Assembly (NCBI GenBank): GCA_965230955.1 | Contig: OZ246404.1 | Coordinates: 1,060,024 to 1,124,023, forward strand | Length of the DNA: 64,000 nucleotides | From: an uncultured Candidatus Saccharibacteria bacterium | Lineage (GTDB): Bacteria; Patescibacteriota; CALEFQ01 | Direction: 5' to 3' | In this document: positions 19,406 through 28,817 of the stretch, one piece after another | Layout of the letters: each line of letters begins with the position of its first letter | Numbering within the stretch: the first letter of the stretch is position 1 | Position numbers and translations under genes: made by a program | Notes under the pieces: generated by a model | What the model saw: only the letters and a program-made list of their open reading frames with translations | The model's database searches: none | Told to the model about the DNA's origin: nothing

Positions 19406-19475
19406 AGAATTAAGATTTAAGAAATAAGATATAAGAAGATTCTTACGTCTTATCTCTTATTTCTTAAATCTTAAC
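19406..19475. repeat. Heptamer-periodic palindrome, TAAGATA family
   Basis: aagaatt-aagattt-aagaaat-aagatat-aagaa ... tcttacg-tcttatc-tcttatt-tcttaaa-tcttaa. Confidence 0.8.
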
Positions 19476-19485
19476 CTTTTTACTT

Positions 19486-20475
19486 ATGTTGCGTCGCGCC
19501 GCTCGAAATGCTCTGACCACCTGCCTCGCCGTCAAAAAAAACGAGGAAGTTTTAATCGTGTCTGATTTCAAAAGACTGGCGATTGCCACGGCCCTGTACC
19601 AAGAAGCGTTGATACTAGGCGCCGAACCAATGATCAAACTGATGCATCCCCGAGTCGGTCACGGGATTGAGCCGCCCCGCACCGTCGCCCGAGCCATGGC
19701 TGAAGCTGATGTCGTGCTTTGTCCCACAGAAAAAAGCCTGACACACACCGATGCCCGCCGGATAGCTTGTGAAAAACACGGCAGCCGCATTGCCACCCTA
19801 CCGATGATCACGGAGGAAATATTTATCCGCGGTCTGTTGGCTGATTATTTGGATATAAAAAAACAATCGGAGAAACTTTTGAGCCTGGTGAACTCGGCCC
19901 AAACCGCCCGGATCACTTCCCCCAGCGGAACCGATTTAACCATAAATCTCAGTAATCGCTTTCACGCTGATATCGGCGTAATCCCCAAACCGGGAATGTA
20001 CACCAATTTGCCCGCCGGTGAAGTCTGCGGCGCACCGCTGGAAGGCACGACTGAAGGTATTTTTGTCATAGACCAGATGGGTGAGGTTGTCGATCAACCG
20101 ACACGGGTCGAGATCCGTTCCGGCATCGCCGTAAAAATCGAATCTAACCCCAGCGGCCGGCGACTAAAAAAAATTCTGGATTCTGCCAGTAAACGGGATA
20201 AGAATAACCACGCCTTTAATATAGCCGAATTGGGTATTGGCACCAATCCCGCCGTAAAATTGTCCGGCTGTGTATTGGAAGACGAAAAAGTATTAGGCAC
20301 TGTTCATGTCGCTCTGGGGGATAATACCAGCTACCATGGCGGACAAACCTCGGCTTCAGTGCATGAAGACGGCATTATGATCAGGCCGACGCTAAAACTA
20401 GATGATCGGGTGATTATGAAAGATGGAAAGATGGTAAAATCAAGTCAAAAGTCAAAAGTCAAAGGTCAAAAGTAA
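19486..20475 (+). CDS. Aminopeptidase, M29-like thermophilic metalloprotease family
   Basis: NLPAGEV..AP, AELGIGTNP, EDEKV.GTVHVALG, H.D. Confidence 0.88.
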   Translation: MLRRAARNALTTCLAVKKNEEVLIVSDFKRLAIATALYQEALILGAEPMIKLMHPRVGHGIEPPRTVARAMAEADVVLCPTEKSLTHTDARRIACEKHGSRIATLPMITEEIFIRGLLADYLDIKKQSEKLLSLVNSAQTARITSPSGTDLTINLSNRFHADIGVIPKPGMYTNLPAGEVCGAPLEGTTEGIFVIDQMGEVVDQPTRVEIRSGIAVKIESNPSGRRLKKILDSASKRDKNNHAFNIAELGIGTNPAVKLSGCVLEDEKVLGTVHVALGDNTSYHGGQTSASVHEDGIMIRPTLKLDDRVIMKDGKMVKSSQKSKVKGQK

Positions 20476-20519
20476 TGATAATCGAGACTTTTTACTTTTA
20501 ATTTTTTACTTTTGACTTA
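20442..20519. repeat. Heptamer-periodic palindrome, AAAGTCA family, overlapping the aminopeptidase 3' end
   Basis: aagtcaa x2-aagtcaa-aggtcaa ... ttacttt-tgactt; encodes the tail SQKSKVKGQK. Confidence 0.8.
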
Positions 20520-20601
20520 TTAAAAAATCCCGCATTAAGCTTGCCTGCGCAAGCAAGACGGGGTTTTTATAAACCTCGCGACTAAGTTTTGGGGCGTACT
20601 C

Positions 20602-20838
20602 CTACACTCGCACTTGGTTGTCGACAACGACCGCGTTAGCCAGAAGGCTTTTGAGATGGTGGATCTCCCGGTCGATGTCCTGCTTCATCTCGTCCAGAAT
20701 GATGAAAGCCGGTGAAGATTGGTCCGTAATGCTGGCCATCTTCTGGGCGATCTTCCTGACTTCGACCATCTCAAGCTGATTGAGACGGTGGCGAATGTGG
20801 TCTATCCCCTGTGGCGGAAGAAAAACTTCTTCAGACAT
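20602..20838 (-). CDS. GreA N-terminal coiled-coil domain-only protein
   Basis: VFLPPQG...LNQLEMVEVRKIAQKM...IDREIHHLKSLLANAVVVD matches the GreA NTD pattern; no C-terminal domain follows. Confidence 0.7.
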   Translation of the reverse strand: MSEEVFLPPQGIDHIRHRLNQLEMVEVRKIAQKMASITDQSSPAFIILDEMKQDIDREIHHLKSLLANAVVVDNQVRV

Positions 20839-20923
20839 AGGGATAAGCTTACTAATCTATTTTTAGTATAACACACTGGGAGACCCAGGCAAATGGGCTG
20901 AAATAAGAGCAGAAATGGCTAAG

Positions 20924-21040
20924 AATAACCAATCATAAATAATAAATATCCAATAAAATACAACTTTTGAATTACCAAACACTTAGTTATTGAAGCTTGA
21001 ATTTCATTGAATATTTGTTATTTATTATTGGATATTTATT
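20924..21040. repeat. Heptamer-periodic palindrome, AATAWCC family, upstream of yebC
   Basis: aataacc-aatcata-aataata-aatatcc ... tgttatt-tattatt-ggatatt-tatt. Confidence 0.65.
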
Positions 21041-21100
21041 CTCTTTACTTTTGCCACTCTTTGCGGTAAAATTAGTCCAGTTTTTGTTGGTGAAAATCAT

Positions 21101-21802
21101 ATGTCGGGACATTCCAAATGGTCGCAAATTAAACATAAAAAAGGAGCCACGGACGCCAAGAAAAGCGCGGCTTTTACCAAAATTGCCAACATGATCACCA
21201 TTGCGGCCAGATTGGGCGGCGGCGATCGCGGCAGTAATCCCCGCTTGGATATGGTCATGGGGAAAGCCCATGAAATGAACATGCCCAAAGATAATATTGA
21301 ACGGGCTATAAAAAGAGGAACGGGAGAACTGGAAGGTGTGACCTTGGAAGCTCTGACTCTGGAAGCTTATGGTCCGGGCGGTTCCGCCTTGATCATTGAA
21401 GCCATTACCGATAACAAAAACCGGACAATTACCAATATCCGAAACATTCTTGGCCAGCACGGAGGAAAACTGGCCAATAGCGGCAGCGTCATTTATCAAT
21501 TCCAGAAAAAAGGTGTTATCCGCGTAAAAAATCCCAGCGATGAATTGGAGCTGAAAGTTATTGACGCGGGAGCCGAAGATACAAAAAAAACCGACACGCT
21601 TTTGGAAATATACACGCGGCCGGAAGACCTGCAAAAAGTAAAAAATAATTTACCGGGGTTGGCGATTGAATCAGCTGATTTGGAGTATTTGCCCCAGACA
21701 ACAATTTTACTTAATGGAGAAACAAAAAAACAGACCGAGGAACTGCTGCAAACTATCGCCGAACACGACGACGTCCAAGAAATCTACAGCAATCTGGCCT
21801 AA
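21101..21802 (+). CDS. yebC: YebC/PmpR family protein
   Basis: MSGHSKWSQIKHKK, NMPKDNIERAI, YGPGG, TDNKNRT. Confidence 0.95.
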   Translation: MSGHSKWSQIKHKKGATDAKKSAAFTKIANMITIAARLGGGDRGSNPRLDMVMGKAHEMNMPKDNIERAIKRGTGELEGVTLEALTLEAYGPGGSALIIEAITDNKNRTITNIRNILGQHGGKLANSGSVIYQFQKKGVIRVKNPSDELELKVIDAGAEDTKKTDTLLEIYTRPEDLQKVKNNLPGLAIESADLEYLPQTTILLNGETKKQTEELLQTIAEHDDVQEIYSNLA

Positions 21803-21806
21803 AAAT

Positions 21807-22289
21807 ATGCGTACGATTCTTTCTATAGATCCCGGGACGGCGACGACCGGTTTTGCGATTTTAAAATCAGACAAAAAAGTCATCCGCTTAATCGACTGTG
21901 GCTGTATTATTACCAAGCCGAATCAACCGCTCTCCCGGCGCCTAGTCATAATCGCCAAAGATTTGCGAAGCCTGATTACCCGTTACCGCCCCCAAGAATT
22001 GGCCGTCGAACAGTTGTTCTTCGCCAAGAATGCCAAAACCGCTCTCTCGGTCGGACAAGCCCGAGGTGTCGTCTTACTGGTCGGCGCCGAAAACAAATTA
22101 AAAATAGGCGAGTATACTCCCCTACAGGTCAAACAAGCTCTGACCGGCTACGGGAAAGCTGACAAAAAACAAATTCAAAACATGGTCAAAACAATTCTTG
22201 ACTTGGCCACCATCCCCAAACCGGACGATGCGGCAGACGCGGTGGCGATAGGACTTTGTCATCTGCAAACCAATAATTTCATTAATTAG
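21807..22289 (+). CDS. ruvC: Holliday junction resolvase RuvC
   Basis: ILSIDPG, AVEQLFF, GQARGV, EYTPLQVK, PDDAADA; start ATG 21807. Confidence 0.95.
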   Translation: MRTILSIDPGTATTGFAILKSDKKVIRLIDCGCIITKPNQPLSRRLVIIAKDLRSLITRYRPQELAVEQLFFAKNAKTALSVGQARGVVLLVGAENKLKIGEYTPLQVKQALTGYGKADKKQIQNMVKTILDLATIPKPDDAADAVAIGLCHLQTNNFIN

Positions 22290-22293
22290 ATTT

Positions 22294-23862
22294 ATGGTTA
22301 TGTTTAGAAAAATTTCACTGTCACTGGCTTTGGTCGCGGTTATCGCCGTGATCGGTTTAAGTACGCCAAAAACTAACGCGGAAGACGCCGTCCCGGCGCC
22401 CAGCCAGACTACGGCGGTGGAAGAAACTCTGCCCCAACGACAACTGGAAGCGGTGGCCGGAGAAGATCAAAATGTCCCGGTCGGAAGCAAGGTGATTTTC
22501 GACGGTTCCAAATCGGTCAATTCAAAAGATGGCGAACTGCGCTATAACTGGGATTTCGGCGACGGCACGACAGTCGATGGTGTGAACGAACTCCATGTTT
22601 ATAATGATCCGGGAATATACATCGTCAGATTAACCGTCACGAACGGCGAACAATCCGACACCGATGAAATTGTGGTCTCGGTCTATGAAAATTTGGTTTT
22701 ATTGATTACCGATAGTTCCACCAAAGAAGAATCCTTGCAAGACTTGGAACGTAGCGCCGCCCGCGAAGGAGTTCTAATTATACGAGTGCAGGACACAAGC
22801 GGACAGCCGGACTATATCGCGGTCGAAACTCTGGCGAAAGCCTTGGCGGAACAGCGGACCAATATTCAAAAATCAAACCTGCTGATCGACTGGACCAGCG
22901 GCTCGGTCGGACTCAACGCCCTGACAAAATTCATTCAGCCGGCGGAAAACATCAAAGAACTTGACCTGACTCATAAAGCGATCGTTTCCGTGACAACCAA
23001 AGCCGGCGTAACCTCGCGTATCGCCCAGCAGACTTATGATCTGGTGAAACCGGAATTCATCGTCCTGACCGACGAAAGCGCTTTGAAGAATCTAATTTCA
23101 GCAAAAACTCCGGCGGAATTATTGGAAAATCTGCGACGCTCGCCGGTGGAATATAAAATAATCGGCATACATAGCGAACGCTCCATCAAAGAACTGGGCT
23201 GGACCAATTTCATGTCCTACACCATCAATTACATGGTCAATAACGGCGTACCGATCAACACTATTTTCCTAATATTGATCATCCCGATTATCGCCACCAT
23301 AATCGCTCTCTCCCGCCAAGTGATCGGAATCAAGGCCTTTGGTTTATACATACCGACTATTCTAACCCTGGCCTTTCTGGTAACCGGTATTAAATACGGC
23401 TTGGCTATTTTTATTGCCATCTTGATCGTCGCCACTCTAGTCAGAATCCTGTTGAAATATCTGCGTATTCTTTATTTGCCGCGCATGGCCATGGTTTTGA
23501 CCGCCACCGCGCTGGCGATCTTTGTCATGTTCGCCTTCGGCGCTTATTCCAATCGGACCGGATTCATTGCCATTTCAATATTCCCCATACTGATCATCGC
23601 TATTTTGGCCGAGGAATTTGTGAAAGTCCAGATTGAAAAGGGTTTTGTCACCGCCATTCAATTGGCGGTCGAGACTCTGATTATCGCCACCCTGTGCTAC
23701 TTCCTTGTCAGCTGGGAAGCGGTCAGAACTTTCTTCCTCAGTTATCCCGAAACAATTTTGCTCACTATCCCACTCAACTACTTACTCGGTAAATGGACCG
23801 GATTACGCTTAACCGAATATTTCCGGTTCCGTGAATTACTAAAACATGATAAGTCCGCGTGA
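22294..23862 (+). CDS. Signal peptide + PKD domain + 7TM domain of the inactive-transglutaminase-associated type
   Basis: PKD YNWDFGDG...H.Y..PG.Y; 7TM ILIIPI.AT...RQVIGIKAFG.Y.P, YLPRMA, FPILI, GKWTGLRLTEYFRF. Confidence 0.85.
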   Translation: MVMFRKISLSLALVAVIAVIGLSTPKTNAEDAVPAPSQTTAVEETLPQRQLEAVAGEDQNVPVGSKVIFDGSKSVNSKDGELRYNWDFGDGTTVDGVNELHVYNDPGIYIVRLTVTNGEQSDTDEIVVSVYENLVLLITDSSTKEESLQDLERSAAREGVLIIRVQDTSGQPDYIAVETLAKALAEQRTNIQKSNLLIDWTSGSVGLNALTKFIQPAENIKELDLTHKAIVSVTTKAGVTSRIAQQTYDLVKPEFIVLTDESALKNLISAKTPAELLENLRRSPVEYKIIGIHSERSIKELGWTNFMSYTINYMVNNGVPINTIFLILIIPIIATIIALSRQVIGIKAFGLYIPTILTLAFLVTGIKYGLAIFIAILIVATLVRILLKYLRILYLPRMAMVLTATALAIFVMFAFGAYSNRTGFIAISIFPILIIAILAEEFVKVQIEKGFVTAIQLAVETLIIATLCYFLVSWEAVRTFFLSYPETILLTIPLNYLLGKWTGLRLTEYFRFRELLKHDKSA

Positions 23863-26248
23863 CATTCTCGGGATGAATGCGCGCAACCTGCGCTACCTTC
23901 GTCCTTCCAATCCGCGCTCGGCTGTCCGCTTGGCTGATTCCAAGCTGAAAACAAAACTGATTTTGGCCGAAGCGAAAATACCCACCCCAAAAGTTTTCGG
24001 GATGTTTAAGCATGCCCGGCAAATTGATAAATTCAATTGGGATAATCTGCCGGAAAATGTAGTGCTCAAGCCCAATCGCGGTTTCGGCGGCGAAGGGATT
24101 GTGGTTTTTTCCAAAAAGGAAAAAGGTCCGGATAATCGCCCGGTCTGGCTGACCGGCGACGGCGAGCGCTGGACGATCGAAGATATTCGGCGGCACATCC
24201 TGAATATTTTGGACGGTGACTTTTCACTGCAGAACATTCCGGACAATGCCTTCTTTGAGGAAAAAATAGTGACCCATCGGGTGATGAGACGTTATACCTA
24301 CAAGGGACTGCCGGATGTCCGGGTGATCGTTTATAACAAGGTCCCGGTGATGGCGATGTTACGCTTGCCCACCAAATGGTCTAAAGGCAAGGCTAATCTG
24401 GCCCAAGGCGCGATCGGAGTCGGAATTGATATGGCCACCGGACAAACTACGACCGCCGCGACCAAAAAGCCGGTGCACAAACCAGTTTTTAAGCATCCCG
24501 ATACCCTTCAAGACCTGAAAGGTTTGGTTGTCCCTTACTGGAACGAAATTTTAGAAATGGCTATCCGCTGCCAAGAAGTGACCAAGATTGGCTACATTGG
24601 AGCTGATATTGCCATCGATGAAAAATACGGGCCGCTGATTCTGGAGCTCAATGCGCGCCCGGGCTTGGAAATTCAGAACGTCAATCTCGCACCACTGGGT
24701 TCGCGCTTGCGTCGCCTGGAAGGATTAAAAGTTCGCACTTTGGAAAAAGGCGTGCGCTTGGCCAAGGAATTGTTCGGCGGCGGAGGAGAAAAAAAAGTTG
24801 ATGAGCTGATCAGTAAGACGGTCATCAGCCCGGAGGAAACTTTGGAAATAATTTCACCGGACGGACAACGCCACCGGATACTGAGTCGAATTGACACCGG
24901 CGAAGGTTTGACTCTGATTGACTCGTCCCTGAGCCAAAAACTCGGCTTGTCTAACGCTAAAATAGAGACTACCGACAGTCTGGAAAAGCACCACAGTGAA
25001 TTAGTGAATCTAACCTTAGCGCTGGCTGGAGAAAAAATCAGAACCAAAGCGGCGCTGACGGACCGAACGGGACACCGTCATTTGATTGTTATCGGCCGTC
25101 GTGATTTACGTCCATTCTTGATCGATACCAGCCGAAGAGAACAACTGGAAAAAACCAAAAAACTGGATTATACCAAGATTGATCAGGTCCTAGTCGAAGT
25201 CAGTCGTAAAATTCCCCTGCTCTCCGCCTTGACTCCGGTCAATTTGGAAATCGAAAAAGAAAAGTTTTTCGCGCAAGAAAATTATTCGCCGCAATTCGTT
25301 TACAAAAAACCTTCGAGCAGTGAGCTGGATTTACTGAGATCCCGCTTGGAAATTTTTCAACTGGCCAATGATTCTTCCACCCTGGGTCGATTGTTTTATC
25401 GGAAACAACAAGAACTTCTTAAAAAAATCGAAGCGGTCCGAGCGATTGGATCAGCGGAATTTACCGCCCGGTCTTTGGAGCTATACGGAGAGCCCAGTCA
25501 AGAGTTGGTGGAATTAGCGGAAAAAAATTATCAGAACAAGAAACCGGTGGAAAACAATGGTGCCTATCTGAAACAGCCGGAAGTAATCAAGCTTTTGAGC
25601 GATAAATTAGATCAGGTAAAAATCCCCTACAAGATTGTCGTGGTTAAAGATTTGTCAGCTCGGATCACTGTTAAAACTCTGGAAAAATCCATTTTAATCA
25701 ACTTGCGAGCCGAAGCGCTTTTCAAACATTCCGATCTGATCGGCACGATCGCCCACGAAATAGAAACTCATGCCTACCGCTACGCCAACGGTATGCAGCA
25801 GACTTATAAATTATTCAGTGAAGGTTTGGGCGGATACTTGGCCACCGAAGAAGGCTTGGCTATTTACAGTAAAGAACAAGCCTATAAAAATCCGCGTAAA
25901 TTCATCACTCGCGCCCTGGATGTTCTGGCGGTACACTGGGCCCTGACCGATTCGTTCCACGAAGTTTATCAGCGCCTGCGCGCCAAAGGCGTCCTACCCA
26001 AAACGGCTTTTTCAGTCACTTATCGCACCAAGCGTGGCTTGTCAGACACCAGCCGCCCCGGCGCCTTTACTCGAGACTTTTTGTATCTAAAAGGATTGTT
26101 GGAAATCGAGAAATATCTCGACCAGGGATTTGATCTCCGAAAACTATATATCGGCAAAATCGGGATCAGTGATCTGCCGGAAATTAAAAAGCTAAGCGGA
26201 ATTAAGGAGCCGAAATATCTACCGGAATGGCTGATGGGTAAAAAATAA
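23846..26248 (+). CDS. Fusion of RimK-related ATP-grasp ligase, retropepsin-like (RimB-type) domain and DUF1704/MATCAP-like metallopeptidase
   Basis: LGMNARN, KPN.G.GG.GI, G.PDVR, ANL.QGA, LELNARPGL; RIDTG...IGRRDL; HEIETH, TEEGLA, RDFLYLKG. Confidence 0.88.
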   Translation: MISPRDILGMNARNLRYLRPSNPRSAVRLADSKLKTKLILAEAKIPTPKVFGMFKHARQIDKFNWDNLPENVVLKPNRGFGGEGIVVFSKKEKGPDNRPVWLTGDGERWTIEDIRRHILNILDGDFSLQNIPDNAFFEEKIVTHRVMRRYTYKGLPDVRVIVYNKVPVMAMLRLPTKWSKGKANLAQGAIGVGIDMATGQTTTAATKKPVHKPVFKHPDTLQDLKGLVVPYWNEILEMAIRCQEVTKIGYIGADIAIDEKYGPLILELNARPGLEIQNVNLAPLGSRLRRLEGLKVRTLEKGVRLAKELFGGGGEKKVDELISKTVISPEETLEIISPDGQRHRILSRIDTGEGLTLIDSSLSQKLGLSNAKIETTDSLEKHHSELVNLTLALAGEKIRTKAALTDRTGHRHLIVIGRRDLRPFLIDTSRREQLEKTKKLDYTKIDQVLVEVSRKIPLLSALTPVNLEIEKEKFFAQENYSPQFVYKKPSSSELDLLRSRLEIFQLANDSSTLGRLFYRKQQELLKKIEAVRAIGSAEFTARSLELYGEPSQELVELAEKNYQNKKPVENNGAYLKQPEVIKLLSDKLDQVKIPYKIVVVKDLSARITVKTLEKSILINLRAEALFKHSDLIGTIAHEIETHAYRYANGMQQTYKLFSEGLGGYLATEEGLAIYSKEQAYKNPRKFITRALDVLAVHWALTDSFHEVYQRLRAKGVLPKTAFSVTYRTKRGLSDTSRPGAFTRDFLYLKGLLEIEKYLDQGFDLRKLYIGKIGISDLPEIKKLSGIKEPKYLPEWLMGKK

Positions 26249-26284
26249 GACTTTCCTGCTGATTGGCAATATTTTGCCAAAATA

Positions 26285-26315
26285 AAACAGCCCGGGGTAA
26301 ACATTGGGCTGTTTT
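26285..26315. terminator. Bidirectional terminator between convergent DUF1704 genes
   Basis: aaaacagccc...gggctgttttt. Confidence 0.7.
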
Positions 26316-26319
26316 TAAT

Positions 26320-27780
26320 CTATTTTTTTTGATCTAGCTTGTCTAAATCTTCGTCGTTAATTTCTAATTGATCTAATACCCAGAGATGCCTGGCGTTATG
26401 CGGATCATATTTACCAACACAAAATCTCTGCATTTCGTCAGGATTTGTTCTGATTACTTCCCAGGTATTAAGAGTCCCCTCACGATAACCCATATCCTTG
26501 GGGTAACAAGCTCCGGGAGTTTTACAATCGGTACCCCGGAAAATGCGCGTACAGGTATTGTAAGCCGTTTGTTCTGCTGCTTTTTCCGCCTCGGGCAATT
26601 TTTTCCCTTGAGCCATTTCTCGCACCGTCCACTGTTTTTTCAAAACTTCAAATACCCCTCGGAAATCTCTTTTTTGCCCATCAAGACCTTGGGCTAAGCC
26701 AATACCCAATATGTATTTCATATCAACATCAAAGGGATCGACGTAATTATCCATAGCTTGTTCCATCGCCCCGGTCACCCCTTCCTCGCCTGCAATAAAT
26801 CGATCCAATCCTAAACCCAGCAACATTAATTTACTGCGCTCTCCTTTTATTCTTCGAGCCACATGGGTGCCGATTTCGTGAATTATTAATTTGGCCATAT
26901 CTTTCGCCGGCTTTGAAACTGGTATTTTTGTAGGAATAAATACTTTTTCCTGAGCCTGGTTAACCGCCATAGTCACACGACTCCCGGTGTCAATTACTAC
27001 CTGCCAGTTATCCGCTCCCACCACCTTAAAAGCCGCTTCAAAAGCCAGGCCTATTTGTTCTCGGTTCAATTCCTCTTCTCCGCCACCAGTGAGAGCTATC
27101 AAATTGCCCATCTTTTTCTCGGTGAACTCACGCAATGTATTAACGTCGCTTTGTTCCGGAGGAGTGAAAGCAACCGCTCTTTCCAAATTTTGCGGTAAGA
27201 TCGCCAGAACATCTTCGGCCGCCTTTTTTTCTTGGGGATCGACCGAGGTTATAAAACGATCAGTATCCGATCGAGCAAGATCGACCACATAAGAGAAAAC
27301 ATCTTTAGACGGTTTTCCGTAAATAAAATCAGCGTAACGTTTAAACCTCCGCATATCACCGCTCGCCGTAGCTTGTAACATCCTCAGTTCTGCCACTTTT
27401 TCGTTTATTTTCCAGCGATAGGCCTGCCGGACTACTTCATTTGGTTCTTGATCAATAATCTCTTCCTTTAATCGAAGTAAGGAGTCTTCCTTTTGCTGAA
27501 AAACTTCCGGCTTGGCATCGGGATAATCAAATTTAGGGTTATCAATTTTACCCTCCAGAAAATCGGCTTTCTGTTGGCTGCGATTGTCTGGATTTCCTTC
27601 AAAGAATTCTATGTCGGAGAAAGCGCCCGCTTCTCGAAAACGAGAATACCATTTCACGTCCAGAGCCTCTTTTGTGACTATTTCTTTTGACAATCCTTCC
27701 GCGCTTATTTCTTTTTCCGACTTTGTTTCCGGAACAAATTCCGGCTGTTCGGTTGGCATCGGCTTGAAATTTTCACCCAT
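26320..27780 (-). CDS. Stand-alone DUF1704/MATCAP-like metallopeptidase
   Basis: HEIGTH, GEEGV, RIFRG, KDMGYREG, VGKYD. Confidence 0.82.
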   Translation of the reverse strand: MGENFKPMPTEQPEFVPETKSEKEISAEGLSKEIVTKEALDVKWYSRFREAGAFSDIEFFEGNPDNRSQQKADFLEGKIDNPKFDYPDAKPEVFQQKEDSLLRLKEEIIDQEPNEVVRQAYRWKINEKVAELRMLQATASGDMRRFKRYADFIYGKPSKDVFSYVVDLARSDTDRFITSVDPQEKKAAEDVLAILPQNLERAVAFTPPEQSDVNTLREFTEKKMGNLIALTGGGEEELNREQIGLAFEAAFKVVGADNWQVVIDTGSRVTMAVNQAQEKVFIPTKIPVSKPAKDMAKLIIHEIGTHVARRIKGERSKLMLLGLGLDRFIAGEEGVTGAMEQAMDNYVDPFDVDMKYILGIGLAQGLDGQKRDFRGVFEVLKKQWTVREMAQGKKLPEAEKAAEQTAYNTCTRIFRGTDCKTPGACYPKDMGYREGTLNTWEVIRTNPDEMQRFCVGKYDPHNARHLWVLDQLEINDEDLDKLDQKK

Positions 27781-27784
27781 AAAA

Positions 27785-28813
27785 TTAATTTTTAATTATT
27801 CTATTATAAATCTCCAAATATTTCTCCGCCATTTGCCGGCTATCAAAATTTTCTTCGGCATAGCGGCGGCACCGCTCCCGATCAAAAATTTTATCCACTG
27901 ACTTGATCGCCGTTATTAATCGGTGATCATCATTTGATAAACAAGCGATTTGGGGCTGACCGCCGATTATTTCCGGCAAGGGGCCAATATCGGTCGCAAT
28001 GACCGGCGTCCCGCAAGCCGCCGCTTCCAAAACCAGCAAGCCGCAAACTTCCGGCTTAGCGATAGTGAACAAAAGAGCCTTGGCGTTTTTCAGATAAGAC
28101 AAAACGTCGTCATGGCTTTTTTCTCCCAAGTATTCGATTTTTTCATCCAAATGCGGCTTTATTTTTTCGGCAAAATATTTTTGTCGATCTGGTTCATGGC
28201 CGATCCGGCCGATAATCAGCAATTTCTCTCCCGCTGTCTGCGCCAGTTTGATCGCTCGGTCGATCCCCTTTTGCGGCGTTAACCTGGCGACACAAATCAG
28301 ATAACGGCCCGGCTTGGTGGAAAAAGCGATTTGCCCGACCGGAATTCCGTTATGGATCGTGGCGAAAGAATCCAATTTCCCCTTCTGCGTCTCGGATAAA
28401 GTGATGGTATAAATTCCGGCTTGTTTTAATTTGATAAAATCCTTAGGCTCAATCATGCTGTGAATTGAGAGCAAACACGGTTTCTTCGCCTGAGACGCGA
28501 CAGAAGCCGCCTGCCGCTGAGAATGGAGATGAATCAGATCAAATCGATCTTGATGCATCAGAACTTTTTGCTGGCTCTGGGTAATGAGTTTCTGCTTTTC
28601 CTGATCGCTCATTTGGCCCAATTGGGGCATATTCCAGAGGCTGCGCGGTAAAGTGGCAATATGTTTAGCCGAAGTGACCCAATCCGCCGGCGCAAAAAGA
28701 GTGACATCAACTTTTAATTTCACCAATTCTTCCGTCAAATTGTAAGCCACTTGTTCCGGCCCGCCGGTAATCCCAAAGGGCGGCACCACCATGGCTAATT
28801 TGAATGACGACAT
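27785..28813 (-). CDS. Glycosyltransferase family 4
   Basis: GGPE, IHNGI, RLTPQKG, E..GL..LEAAACGTPVI. Confidence 0.9.
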   Translation of the reverse strand: MSSFKLAMVVPPFGITGGPEQVAYNLTEELVKLKVDVTLFAPADWVTSAKHIATLPRSLWNMPQLGQMSDQEKQKLITQSQQKVLMHQDRFDLIHLHSQRQAASVASQAKKPCLLSIHSMIEPKDFIKLKQAGIYTITLSETQKGKLDSFATIHNGIPVGQIAFSTKPGRYLICVARLTPQKGIDRAIKLAQTAGEKLLIIGRIGHEPDRQKYFAEKIKPHLDEKIEYLGEKSHDDVLSYLKNAKALLFTIAKPEVCGLLVLEAAACGTPVIATDIGPLPEIIGGQPQIACLSNDDHRLITAIKSVDKIFDRERCRRYAEENFDSRQMAEKYLEIYNRIIKN

Positions 28814-28817
28814 AAAA

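Noticed and set aside
122-21040. Heptamer arrays as CRISPR repeats
   Set aside because: Units are 7 nt and contiguous, with no unique spacers and no cas genes in the window.
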